Assembly (NCBI GenBank): GCA_964586015.1
Contig: CAZPHK010000003.1
Coordinates: 358 to 64,357 of the forward strand
Length of the DNA: 64,000 bases
Direction: 5' to 3'
DNA from: an uncultured Acidobacteriota bacterium
Lineage (GTDB): Bacteria; Acidobacteriota; UBA6911
Shown in pieces: positions 34,978 through 44,859 of this stretch. The position numbers were made by a program, and so were the translations under genes. Every line of letters starts with the position of its first letter. The stretch's first letter is position 1. The notes below the pieces were generated by a model. It was not told the origin of the DNA. It did not search any database and saw nothing but the letters and a program-made list of their open reading frames with translations.

Positions 34978-35128
34978 CAGCTCTCAGCACAAAAGAAATA
35001 CATCGATCAGGTGATTGATATCATATAACTTAAAAACTTGTTTGCATTTTGCAAAGAAGTCACGGAGAAAGAACCTACCCGCATCGATTCTCCTATAAAG
35101 TAACTATCATGTTTCGGCGGCCCCGGGG

Positions 35129-36223
35129 CTAACGGCGCGTCAGCAGCGGCGACAGGCAAAAATTGGAAGCGGTTGTCTTGATGGTGACGGTCTTGCGCTT
35201 CCTGCCGTCCAGGCCGATCGAGTATATCTTCCAGTCGCCATAGTCATTGGAACAAAACATGACTCTTTTGCCGTCCGGTGTGAAAACGGCATTCGCAATG
35301 CTTCGCAAACCTGCTGCCGCCTTGAGCAGTACTTGCTTTTTCCCGTCCGGGTCGATGAGGCGAGCCGTAGACGCTGACTGCAGCAGCAACATGCTGCCGT
35401 CCGGCGACCACAGGACGTAGGAAGCCGGCCTGTAATCCACGCATTTTTTTCCCGTGCCGTCGGCGGCGATGACGAAAACGCCGGAATTCCCGACATCTTC
35501 ATCGATCTTTTTGTATGCGATGTACGCGATGGCTTTTCCGTCGGGAGACCAGGCGGGACGGAAATCAATCGTCGCGCCGTCCGTCAATCGTTCACTTTTC
35601 CTGCCATCGGGACTGATAAGATAAATTCCACAGTACTCTCCAATTCCGAAGCCGACTGCCAGGCGAGCGCCGTCAGGCGACCAGGAGGCGGAGCAATTCC
35701 GCCCTGAACCCGGCAAACGGTTTATGGCGCCGCTTTGCGTGTCGAGCACGTACACATAAGCCAGCGGGCGGGCGGCTCCGGTCAGCACTTCCGGCGAATT
35801 CCGGTCGGGGCTTTCGTATGCGGAAATGAAAAACAGCCGCCGGCTGTCAGGCGCCCAGCCAAAGTCGATGACGGGAAAATCAAGGAGTCGTTTCTGGTTC
35901 CCGCCTGTCGCATCCATGACATACAGCAAATACTCGTCAATCATGCGGTATTTCTCCAGAACAGCTTTGTCCTGGCTGCGTGCGTTGTAGAAGGCGATTT
36001 TCTTTCCATCAGGAGACCAGGATGCAAACCGGACTTGCGCCGTCCTGTCGGCGACGAGAATTTCCGAGCCGGTAGTGTCGGAGTTTATTGAGAAAATTCC
36101 GTACTCCCCTGTCTTGCTGGACACGAATGCAACTTTATAGCCGTCGGCGCCTCCGGGAGGCTGCGAACATCCCGCGCAAAGAAGAAAGCAGAGAAGTGCA
36201 ATCCAAATTCCAGATTTGTTCAC
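35129..36223 (-). CDS. TolB-like PD40 (WD40-like) beta-propeller lipoprotein
   Basis: Lipobox LLCAGC. Repeated SWSPDG / AWSPDG / LWSPDG / FTPDG motifs. Confidence 0.8.
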   Translation of the reverse strand: MNKSGIWIALLCFLLCAGCSQPPGGADGYKVAFVSSKTGEYGIFSINSDTTGSEILVADRTAQVRFASWSPDGKKIAFYNARSQDKAVLEKYRMIDEYLLYVMDATGGNQKRLLDFPVIDFGWAPDSRRLFFISAYESPDRNSPEVLTGAARPLAYVYVLDTQSGAINRLPGSGRNCSASWSPDGARLAVGFGIGEYCGIYLISPDGRKSERLTDGATIDFRPAWSPDGKAIAYIAYKKIDEDVGNSGVFVIAADGTGKKCVDYRPASYVLWSPDGSMLLLQSASTARLIDPDGKKQVLLKAAAGLRSIANAVFTPDGKRVMFCSNDYGDWKIYSIGLDGRKRKTVTIKTTASNFCLSPLLTRR

Positions 36224-36449
36224 TGTCGCTCCTTTCTGTCACCAGATATCTGATTATCCAATATTCATGCATCAGGAAGAAAAATGCCAGCGCGAAAACA
36301 GAGCGCATCTCCCTAGTATTTTCTGTGAACTTTTAATTCGGCGTCGCTTGTCTTTACGATGCATTTCAGTATTTTTACGTCATTATTTTCGGCGTCCGCG
36401 TATGCGGCAGCGCCTGTATCATCCATCCGAAGCATTGACAGGACACTCT

Positions 36450-36578
36450 TTCTATTTCTAATCCAAAGTCCGATCCTGCAATGGGCTGAAGCCGGTTGTA
36501 AAAGTAAATTTGAGCAATTTCTTCGCATTTTTCTTCCTAACCTGCAGTAAAATGCTTTTGAAAATCGACATGAATTCC
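36450..36578 (+). repeat. R1 repeat, copy a (about 129 bp)
   Basis: About 87 % identical to 38721-38848 by my hand alignment (16 mismatches plus 1 indel). Confidence 0.8.
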
Positions 36579-36599
36579 AGAAAATTAACTTAAAAGTGT

Positions 36600-36705
36600 C
36601 TTATCGGAAGTCCGGAGAATTCGCGGATGGAGAGGCATCTCTTAAAAAGCTCCTATTCCACCTGTCGTCGTCAAATCCGACGTATGATTCCCGGCGACGC
36701 GCTTT
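36600..36705 (+). repeat. R2 repeat, copy c
   Basis: cttatcggaagtccggagaattcgcggatggagaggc... aligns with 34854 and 32856. Confidence 0.7.
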
Positions 36706-36766
36706 TTGGCCGAACTTTGTTTTCCGTAATTCACCGGATTCCGACAACATAAAGAAAGCGGGTGAA

Positions 36767-38692
36767 ATGATTCGCCTCCTAAGTCGCTGTTTTCTTATAC
36801 AGATATTTTCCCTGTGTTTTGTGTCGCTTGGGATGGCCGGTGAAGAAGCCTGGATCGAAGTAAAAAGCCCTCATTTTCGTGTGATCAGCAATGCAAAGGA
36901 GAAACAGGCCAGGCAGACGGCAAAAATGTTTGAGCAATACCGGCTTCTCATTCAAACCGCCATGGTGAACTGCAAGGTCGATCCGCCGATCCCACTGACT
37001 GTTTTCGCGGCAAAAAATGAAAAAAGCTTCAAGACCCTTCTCGCCGAAGAGCAGCAGGAAAAAGGGTCGGCCAAAAGAACCGGATGGTTCCTGCCCGGAC
37101 CGGAACACCAACTAGTTGCCCTTCGAATTGATGCGCCTAAAGACGACACCTTACACGTGATCTTTCATGAATATGTCCATCTGGTTACCAATTTGACCTA
37201 TGGGGAGCTGCCTCTGTGGCTGCAGGAGGGTCTGGCGGAGTTTTTTGCCTATTCGGAACTTTCCGATAATCTTTCCTATCTGGGCAAAGTAAAATACGGA
37301 GTAATCGATTATCTGAGGTCACAACCTCTGATTCCGCTGCAGACGCTCCTATCGGTAAAACGCGATTCGCCCTATTATCGCGAACAGGACAAGACAACCG
37401 CTTTCTACAGCAACTCCTGGGCTCTTGTACATTATCTGATAATCGGAGACCGCAACCAGCGCCAGAACAAACTGATGAGTTACATAGGTATGATCCTCAA
37501 CGGAGTCCCCGAAATGGAAGCAGCGACCCGTGCTTTCGGAGATTTGAACCGATTGGAAAAAGACCTGGCCCAGTATATTCACCTTCCGACAACGGCGTAT
37601 TTCGAAGTGCCGGCGACTCTCTCCGTCGATGAAGACCAGTATGAGGTTCGTCCTCTGTCACTTGCCGAATCGCTCGCATTGCGGGGCGAACTGCTCGCCT
37701 TCTACAAAAAAACGGATAGAGCCCGGGCGATGCTGGAAGAGGCATTGCTGGCAGATCCCCGGAATGCGCTTGCCAATGAAGCGATGGGGCAGCTCTTCTT
37801 AAGACTCAACGACCATGCACAGGCGGGGAAATATTTCCTTGCGGCAGCGGATTTGGATTCAAAAAGCTGCACGGCCAATTATTTTGCAGCACGTACCATA
37901 AATCTGCAAAACGGCGATTCCGACACAGCGGAGAAATACCTGCGTCGAGCCCTCGAGCTTAATCCTGAATTTTCTCCGGCCCTCGGAGAACTTTCCATAT
38001 TACTGCGCAAAAAAGGCAGTTACCCGGAAGCTCTTGCGTGCGCCAGGAAGCTGGAATCGATGCAGCCCGGAATTCTGATTCACAAGATCCACGTCGCAAA
38101 CATAATGGCGGACATGGGAAAGATCGATGATGCCTATGAGTATGGCCGGCGCGTTAGTGCGATTGCCCGGGACGAAAACGATCGAAAACTGGCGGCATCC
38201 TTTATGACCTGGATAACAAATGTCCGGGATCAGCGTTTGCTGATGAAGCGCATGCAGGAAACTGAAAGCGAGAGGATGAGGATGAGGAAGCAAAGGGAGC
38301 CGGAATTGTTGGTCAAGAAACCGTATCCGGGACCTGAATCCGATGAAGAATTCGAACAGGCGGGCGACCGGCCGGCAGTGAATCGCCGGGAAGAAATCGA
38401 GAAGCTCGCTTCGGTCGAACGGGGACCATCCGTCAGAATAGAAGGGATTATCAAATCCGTAACCTGTGAGGCTCCGGAGATACTGGACGTTACATTGGAT
38501 TCCAACGGTGTATCCAAAATTTTGTATTCGGACCATTACTCTGCAATAAGGATTCACTCCGCTGCAGCGGCCTTACAAAAAGATTTTCAGCCGTGTCGTG
38601 ATTTGGAGGGCAGGCATGTGGAAATTGAATATCAGATAATTTCCAGCAAATACTTCTCCGGATACATCGAATCAATAACCGTTCAAAAATAG
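36767..38692 (+). CDS. Secreted putative zinc metallopeptidase (HExxH) with C-terminal TPR repeats
   Basis: Start at MIRLLSRCFLIQIFSLCFVSLGMA (signal peptide). HVIFHEYVHLV motif. TPR-like repeats around ALELNPEFSPALGEL. Confidence 0.7.
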   Translation: MIRLLSRCFLIQIFSLCFVSLGMAGEEAWIEVKSPHFRVISNAKEKQARQTAKMFEQYRLLIQTAMVNCKVDPPIPLTVFAAKNEKSFKTLLAEEQQEKGSAKRTGWFLPGPEHQLVALRIDAPKDDTLHVIFHEYVHLVTNLTYGELPLWLQEGLAEFFAYSELSDNLSYLGKVKYGVIDYLRSQPLIPLQTLLSVKRDSPYYREQDKTTAFYSNSWALVHYLIIGDRNQRQNKLMSYIGMILNGVPEMEAATRAFGDLNRLEKDLAQYIHLPTTAYFEVPATLSVDEDQYEVRPLSLAESLALRGELLAFYKKTDRARAMLEEALLADPRNALANEAMGQLFLRLNDHAQAGKYFLAAADLDSKSCTANYFAARTINLQNGDSDTAEKYLRRALELNPEFSPALGELSILLRKKGSYPEALACARKLESMQPGILIHKIHVANIMADMGKIDDAYEYGRRVSAIARDENDRKLAASFMTWITNVRDQRLLMKRMQETESERMRMRKQREPELLVKKPYPGPESDEEFEQAGDRPAVNRREEIEKLASVERGPSVRIEGIIKSVTCEAPEILDVTLDSNGVSKILYSDHYSAIRIHSAAAALQKDFQPCRDLEGRHVEIEYQIISSKYFSGYIESITVQK

Positions 38693-38720
38693 AACTCCGT
38701 CGCCGGCACCGGGCCGCCCC

Positions 38721-38848
38721 TTCTATTCTAACCCAAAGTCGGATCCTGCAATGGGCTGAAGCCGGTTGAAAAGGTAAATGTGAGCAAATTCTTCGCGTTT
38801 TCCTTCCTGATCCGGAGAAAAATGCCTTTGAAAATCAACATTAATTCC
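38721..38848 (+). repeat. R1 repeat, copy b
   Basis: See 36450-36578. Same orientation, offset 2270 nt. Confidence 0.8.
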
Positions 38849-39019
38849 TGACGTTGAAACAGGCAGGAAACGCAGGCGGCGAAGTCGCAAACGCGGCTCC
38901 CCTGAAAATCGTAATCGGCCTCAACTGGTTTGAAGAACTGAAGCAACGGGTGCCCGTGGAATGACTCCCGGCGGTGCCTCTCTGTCATGGACGGGGTGGG
39001 GGACCGGGTTCTCAGGGCC

Positions 39020-40459
39020 TCAGGAATCCGATGTGCCCGGCTCAGGATTACGGGGATTTACGGAGGCCACTTTATCGGTCAACAGGCTGACGCGGAATTC
39101 GGTGCGGCCGGGACGGGAATCGAAAGAAATGTCCCCGTGGTACCGGCGCAGCAGGCGCCAGGTAATGTCCAGGCCCAGGCCGGTCCCCTTTCCCTGCGGC
39201 TTGGTCGTGAAAAAGGGATCGTAGATTCTGGGCGCGATATCCGGGGGAATTCCCGGGCCGTCGTCCTCCACTCGTACCACGATCCGGTCCAGCTCCCGGC
39301 GGGCGCTGACGGCGACATGACCGGATTCGGTGAGGGCGTCGAGCGCGTTGTCGATCAGGTTCAGCCAGACCTGATTGAGTTCGCCGCCGGTGGCGTAAGC
39401 CCTGGGAAGGTTCGGCTCGATGTCCAGCGTAACGGAGGCGTTTTTGGAGCGCGCCCTGGATGCCAGTATCAGGACCGTATCGCGCAATCCCTTTTCGACA
39501 TCCACGGATTCGGGCCCGGACAGCCTGTCCATGTAAGTGAAATTCTTGATTGCCGACACCATCTCATGGATCCGTTTTGCCGCCCTCTCGATATCCGCCG
39601 CAAGCACATGTGCCGTGCAGCCGGTGTCGAGCCAGTGGAGGGCCGCATCAAGGATTCTGCCGGGTATGGCGTCTGCAAGGGCGTCGAGGGATTCAATCGT
39701 GACGGCAGTCTCGGCCAGCGCCGGGGCATGGCCCGGATCGGAATTGTGGCGCTTGAGCCAACCGGTGATTTCATCCTCGCGATCCGCCCGTTCGATGGGG
39801 GAAAGGACCCCGCCGGCCGGCTTCGCCCGGCAGAGAGAGAGCGCGCGCGCGATAGCAGCCGCCGTCGCGCCTGAGATACCAGCTGCTCCGAGCGCGCGCG
39901 AAGCCGAGTCCATTCGGGCAAGGGCTTCCGGAAGCAGCTTGGCGTTGCGAAGCGCCGCAGAGGCGGGATTGTTGAGTTCGTGGGCCAGTCCAGCGGCCAG
40001 CTTTCCCAGAGAAACCATTTTCTCATCCTGCAGGTCGCTGGTGTTGAAGGCGCGCGCGCGGTCCAGCATGATGTGGACCGTATGGGCGGTGAATACGGGG
40101 CATCTGTGAATCAGCTCCGGAAATTCCGATTCGTGCAGACTCAGGACCCGGGTCGTTTCTTCCACGTAGGTGTCGCCCGGAGGGCCGGTCATCCTGGAAT
40201 AGGGCAGCAGACCGTCGACATCGCCGGTGCGCCATTCCATTACCCGGCGCGGCCCGGCACCGCGGTCGACATAGATGGCGATATGGCCTGAGAGAATGAC
40301 CCAGAGCGTCTCGATACGCCTCCCCTTCGGCGCCACAACGCTCCCGGCTTCCCATGTATCAGGGCGGCTGTGCTCCGCCAGCCATTCAAGCTCCGTGCGG
40401 GGAATCTTCAGCGAAGCGAACAGTGCGTCAAGACGATCGACAAGATCAGCTTTTTCCAT
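39020..40459 (-). CDS. Sensor histidine kinase with an N-terminal cyclic-nucleotide-binding domain
   Basis: cNMP-like beta-barrel (LWVILSGHIAIYVDRG...). HisKA LAAGLAHELNNPASA. HATPase GTGLGLDI. Confidence 0.85.
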   Translation of the reverse strand: MEKADLVDRLDALFASLKIPRTELEWLAEHSRPDTWEAGSVVAPKGRRIETLWVILSGHIAIYVDRGAGPRRVMEWRTGDVDGLLPYSRMTGPPGDTYVEETTRVLSLHESEFPELIHRCPVFTAHTVHIMLDRARAFNTSDLQDEKMVSLGKLAAGLAHELNNPASAALRNAKLLPEALARMDSASRALGAAGISGATAAAIARALSLCRAKPAGGVLSPIERADREDEITGWLKRHNSDPGHAPALAETAVTIESLDALADAIPGRILDAALHWLDTGCTAHVLAADIERAAKRIHEMVSAIKNFTYMDRLSGPESVDVEKGLRDTVLILASRARSKNASVTLDIEPNLPRAYATGGELNQVWLNLIDNALDALTESGHVAVSARRELDRIVVRVEDDGPGIPPDIAPRIYDPFFTTKPQGKGTGLGLDITWRLLRRYHGDISFDSRPGRTEFRVSLLTDKVASVNPRNPEPGTSDS

Positions 40460-40507
40460 GTTTCATCTCCCGTTCGGGAACATCTCCGAGAGAAATACCC
40501 GCCGGGG

Positions 40508-42167
40508 TCAAACGGTCTGCAGGTATTGATGAATTATGCCGATGGTGGCGGATCCTTCACCCACGGCTGCCGCAACACGCTTGCCGGAGTCGTGCCGCAC
40601 ATCCCCGGCCGCAAAAATCCCCGGTACGCTCGTCTCGTAAAGAAACGGATCGCGGTCGGCCGTCCAGCCGGCCGGCCGTTTCCCGTCCACAATGAGGTCC
40701 CGTCCGGTCAGGATGAATCCTCCCGCGTCGCGGGCGACGAGATCGGACAGGATGTCCGTCCGCGGCATCATCCCTATAAAGATAAAGACCGCTTCGGCCG
40801 GAACTTTCCGGGTCTGGCCGGTGGATGTATCGGAAAGTTCGATGGCTTCGAGCCGGTCCGTTCCCTTGACGGATGAGATCACCGTGTGCGTACGCACCTC
40901 GATATTCGCCGTCTCCGATATCCGGTCCACAAGGTATTGCGACATTGCGTGGAGACCCGAACCGCGCACGAGTATCGTGACTTTGCGGGCATAGCGGGAA
41001 AAGAAAACGGCTCCCTGGCCCGCCGAATTGGCTCCGCCCACGATGAAGACATCCCCTCCCCTACAGTTTGCTGCTTCGGTCATGGCGGCGCCGTAGTAGA
41101 TTCCGGCTCCCACCAAAGGATCGATTCCCGGAAGGTCGAGATGCCGGACAGCCATGCCGGCGGTGTAAAGGACGGCGTAACAGCTTAATTCATTGCCGTC
41201 GGCCAGCCGGACTGTTCGGTATGGGTCCTTTCTGAAGATGCCGACCACCTCCTGGGGGGACAGGATCTCCGTCCCGAAACGCCGTGCCTGCGTGGATGCG
41301 CGGCGTGCCAGATCGCCGCCGCTGATGCCGCCCGGAAAGCCGAGGTAATTTTCGATCCGCGAGCTGGTCCTGGCCTGACCACCCGGCGCGGCGCGTTCGA
41401 CGAGAACGGTCCGGAGCCCCTCGGATGCGGCATAAACGGCGCCGGCAAGCCCGGCCGGGCCCCCCCCCGACAATCACGAGGTCGTAGAAAGGAAGCTGCG
41501 CCCGCATCTGCATGCCGACCCGGTCGGCCAGTTCGCGGGTTTCGGGCTGCACAAGCGATTCGCCGCCGGGCAGGAACACGATCGGCAGCCGGGGAGCGCC
41601 GGGGGAGACCCTGGCGACAAGTTCCCGGGCTGCGGCATCGTTGTCGATATCAAGCCATTGGTAGGGGATCTGGTGCCCGGCCAGGAAGTCGCGGATGACG
41701 TAGCTCCCGGGGGAAAGCACTGTCCCGGCCACACGAATGCCGTCGTATTCCGGACGGGCGCGGGCGAACCAGTCCGACAGCAGGTCGTCGAGTACGGGGT
41801 AGAGACGCTCGCTGGGCGGCTCCCACGGCTTCAACAGGTAATGGTCCAGGTCGATGTCGTTGATCGCCGTGATGGCCGTATCCGTGTCCGCATATGCCGT
41901 CAGCAGGACGCGTCGCGCGTCCGGATAGAGTTTCAGGGCTTCAGCCAGAAACTGGGTGCCCGTCATTCCGGGCATCCGCTGGTCGACGACGAACAGTGCG
42001 ACCGCCGTCCCGCGCTTTTTGAGCTGTTTGGTTGTTTCGAGAGCCAGCTCGCCGGAGGAGGCCTTCATCACGCGATAGAGTTCGCTGTAATGCTGGCGCA
42101 GGTCCCGCTCAATGGAATTGAGAACTTCGGGTTCATCATCGATGGTAAGGATTACGGGTTTCGCCAT
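40508..42167 (-). pseudogene. Fused response regulator / thioredoxin-reductase-like flavoprotein, frameshifted at a G9 homopolymer
   Basis: The receiver (ILTIDDEPEVL...VVDQRMPGMTG) runs into ...DLVIVGGGP and then changes frame at 41460-41468. Deleting one G restores [17 protein letters not shown] and a single 552-aa ORF. Confidence 0.8.
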
Positions 42168-42266
42168 GGAGTATCCTCTGCAAAGGAACTGCATGAAAGA
42201 GATTCGGTATCCTTTGAAAGTAGATTACGATCTGATTATCCTCAGCCTGCCACGGAGGCATGATGT

Positions 42267-42434
42267 TTATATCTCCGTTGATCGTTGTGCAGTTATGATT
42301 GGCGTCGATCCATATGTTGCGGGCCCGGAAACGACATCTGCCGAGATCGGGATCTTTTTAAGTGCATTCACGGTTTCGTTCAGCACTTTCAGGTCGATGC
42401 CGTTTACGAAATCAGCCTTTGTCGGCGCAGCCAT
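42267..42434 (-). pseudogene. Remnant of an OsmC-family gene (N-terminal 55 codons, then a frameshift)
   Basis: Minus-strand ATG 42434 after AAGGAA. MAAPTKADFVNGIDLKVLNETVNALKKIP resembles OsmC-like N-termini. The expected FRARN.W...HN continues in another frame (CRFRARNIWIDANHNCTTING) and runs into the next gene. Confidence 0.3.
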
Positions 42435-42711
42435 TGTGTTTTCCTTTTGTCCTATGCGGTTACAATGAAAGGGTATGTTTCATTGTTGATATTAATTTTC
42501 ATTATATTGAGCCTGTAAATATGCATCAATGACGGAAAATACTCATTCGGGATTGAGTATAAGTGCGGTGCCCGGCTTCCGGATACCGTCGACTTTCGAC
42601 CGCTTTCCTGAAGACGATAATAAATCCTCCTCCCGGGCCGTCATAACACGTAACTATTTTCCGGATCCTAATTGGACTCGAACAGGAGAAGCGACGGAAG
42701 AAACCGGGGAA

Positions 42712-43026
42712 ATGGACTCCCGACAAAGGGAAGCGGCGAAGTCGCACGCGATTGCCTGGAAAAAGCTTTTCAACGAGTATCTCCGGGATGCCAAAGGGAA
42801 ATCGAAAAAGGAAATCGGGGACCTGCTCTGCATCAGCGTCCGCGCTGTAGAGCGGCACCACGCGAATAGGATGAACAGGCTGAATACCCGGAAACGGCTG
42901 AACTTGTGCGGTATGCCCTTCGCAAACATTACATTTGATCCAAAGTTTCTGTGGCAGTCACCGAAACTTCCGCCAATCCAAAATCGATCCATTTATGGGT
43001 TTCGTCTCATTCTCCGTGTACAATAA
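42712..43026 (+). CDS. Small LuxR/GerE-type HTH protein (tentative)
   Basis: SKKEIGDLLCISVRAVERHHANRMNRLN fits the LuxR-type HTH pattern. Start is uncertain and the context is poor. Confidence 0.3.
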   Translation: MDSRQREAAKSHAIAWKKLFNEYLRDAKGKSKKEIGDLLCISVRAVERHHANRMNRLNTRKRLNLCGMPFANITFDPKFLWQSPKLPPIQNRSIYGFRLILRVQ

Positions 43027-43300
43027 AGCATTTGAGTGCGGAAAGGTGAAAGTGTTATGCGAAGGTTCAGCCTCCATTCCGAAGTTGAGGATTGAAGAAA
43101 TGCCGTTCTCTTTTTGGCTCAACAGGTTGCCCATAATAAATCCAACTCTGGCGAAGTTGCATGGGCTCCTTTTAATTCATTGAGACTTAATGAGATCAAA
43201 ATCCTCAGAAAAACCATTATCGGAATTGAGGTTCGGTTCCCGGAAAGCCCGGGGGATTCGCGGGTAACGTATAAAGAAAATTAATCAGGAGTCTTTAAGT

Positions 43301-44659
43301 TTGAAGAAAACAAAAACCGAAATGGAAAAGCAGTTCCTTGAGACAATTCTCGGTTCCGTAGCCGATGGAGTTTTTACAGTCGATCAGCAATGGCACATTA
43401 CATCCTTTAACAGGGCGGCCGAACGTATTACGGGAATTTCCGCTTCGGAGGCTATCGGTAAAAAATGCCACGACGTATTCCACGCAGACGTATGCGAACG
43501 GAGATGTGCGCTTAAAAGGACCTTGAAATCGGGTCGCGAGATCATTGACGCTCCTGCAAGAATTCTCAACAGCAAGGGCCGTTCCGTTCCCATCAGTTTG
43601 AGCACCGCCCTACTGAAAGACTCGAACGGCGATCTGTTGGGTGCAGTAGAAACATTTCGCGATCTTTCAGCGCTTGAACAGCTTCGACGGGAAATATCAC
43701 AGCAGTACACTTTCGAAGACATCGTAGGCAAAAGTAAGGGTATGCGAAAAATCTTCGCAATCCTCCCCGATATTGCCGAGAGTGATGCAACGGTCTTAAT
43801 TGAAGGACCCAGCGGTTCCGGTAAGGAACTCCTGGCAAAGGCCATCCACAGCTTCAGTCTCAGGCGGCGAAAACCTCTCGTTGCCGTCAACTGTGGCGCC
43901 CTGCCGGAATCCCTGTTTGAATCAGAACTGTTCGGCTATGCACAGGGAGCGTTCACAGATGCCAAGCACAACAAAGCCGGTCGACTGGCCCTGGCCGAGG
44001 GGGGCACGCTGTTTCTGGATGAAGTTTCCGAACTGTCGCCCGCCACCCAGGTCAAACTGCTTCGTGTATTGCAGGAACGCGAATACGAACCGCTGGGCTC
44101 CGTCAAGTCGGTTCGAATCAACGTACGTGTGGTTGCAGCGACAAATTCCCGCCTCGCTGGACTGGTCAGTAACGGCAGGTTTCGGGACGACCTGTATTTC
44201 CGTCTCGCCGTTGTGCGTCTCTCCGTACCATCCCTCAATGAAAGAAGAGTGGACATCCCTTACCTTGTGGAGCACTTCATCGAAAAGTTCAATGCGAAAC
44301 GGGGCAAGAATATCTCGGGATTAACACCCGAATGCATGAGTATGATCATGCGCCATGAATTTACAGGCAACGTAAGAGAACTGGAAAATCTTATCGAGTA
44401 CGCCTTTGTGCTCTGCCACGACAGGGAGATCGATACATGCCATCTCCCCGAGGACTTTCAGAATCTCCCCCTGCAGATCGACGAATCCGCGCCGGACGAA
44501 AACCTGTCGCGACTCAAATGGGCGGAAGCCGATGTTATTCATTCTGCGCTGCAGCGGAACAACTACGATATCGGACAAACAGCGCACGACCTGAAGGTAA
44601 GCCGGACAACGCTCTGGCGCAAGATGAAACGTTACTCCATTGAAAACCCCCGCACATGA
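43301..44659 (+). CDS. Sigma-54-dependent transcriptional activator (PAS - AAA+ - Fis HTH)
   Basis: TTG start 9 nt after AGGAG. Walker A GPSGSGKE, ESELFGY, GAFTDA loop, and C-terminal HTH QTAHDLKVSRTTLWRKMK. Confidence 0.9.
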   Translation: MKKTKTEMEKQFLETILGSVADGVFTVDQQWHITSFNRAAERITGISASEAIGKKCHDVFHADVCERRCALKRTLKSGREIIDAPARILNSKGRSVPISLSTALLKDSNGDLLGAVETFRDLSALEQLRREISQQYTFEDIVGKSKGMRKIFAILPDIAESDATVLIEGPSGSGKELLAKAIHSFSLRRRKPLVAVNCGALPESLFESELFGYAQGAFTDAKHNKAGRLALAEGGTLFLDEVSELSPATQVKLLRVLQEREYEPLGSVKSVRINVRVVAATNSRLAGLVSNGRFRDDLYFRLAVVRLSVPSLNERRVDIPYLVEHFIEKFNAKRGKNISGLTPECMSMIMRHEFTGNVRELENLIEYAFVLCHDREIDTCHLPEDFQNLPLQIDESAPDENLSRLKWAEADVIHSALQRNNYDIGQTAHDLKVSRTTLWRKMKRYSIENPRT

Positions 44660-44758
44660 ATTCACTTACGTGTCCATGAACAACATCCTCGTTTTACCTA
44701 ATACATCTGCATGAGAATCACGATCCGGAACATTGAGTTGCAAAACTGAAACAATGAA

Positions 44759-44787
44759 ACAATGGAGGTTTCATTGTTGTTATAAGC
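44759..44787 (+). promoter_or_regulatory. Candidate enhancer (UAS) for the sigma-54 activator
   Basis: Perfect 11-bp inverted repeat AACAATGAAAC-N7-GTTTCATTGTT, about 75 nt upstream of the -24 element. Confidence 0.45.
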
Positions 44788-44859
44788 CTCCAGGTAGGCC
44801 TGTGGCATTGATTTTCTCTATCTGTCCTGATGACAATAATTTACAGTTTTTGATCATAT

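Noticed and set aside
36458-36571. 37-codon minus-strand ORF conserved in both R1 repeats (also 38728-38841), considered as a real small gene
   Set aside because: Of the codon differences, 11 are non-synonymous and 3 synonymous. There is no obvious RBS, and preservation of the frame is explained by the absence of indels in a young duplication.
32856-38848. Integron-like cassette array (R1/R2 as attC sites)
   Set aside because: No intI-like integrase or attI is present. The repeats lack the RYYYAAC...GTTRRRY cores and the imperfect-palindrome architecture of attC. One enclosed gene is in the opposite orientation.
38728-38988. 86-aa minus-strand ORF downstream of the histidine kinase
   Set aside because: It is mostly made of R1 repeat sequence, has no motif, and its upstream part is not conserved in the other R1 copy.
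38987-39874. 295-aa plus-strand ORF
   Set aside because: Antisense to the histidine kinase gene, which has HisKA and HATPase motifs.
42112-42518. 118-aa and 77-aa plus-strand ORFs
   Set aside because: They overlap the regulator gene start and the OsmC-like remnant on the other strand, and have no motifs.
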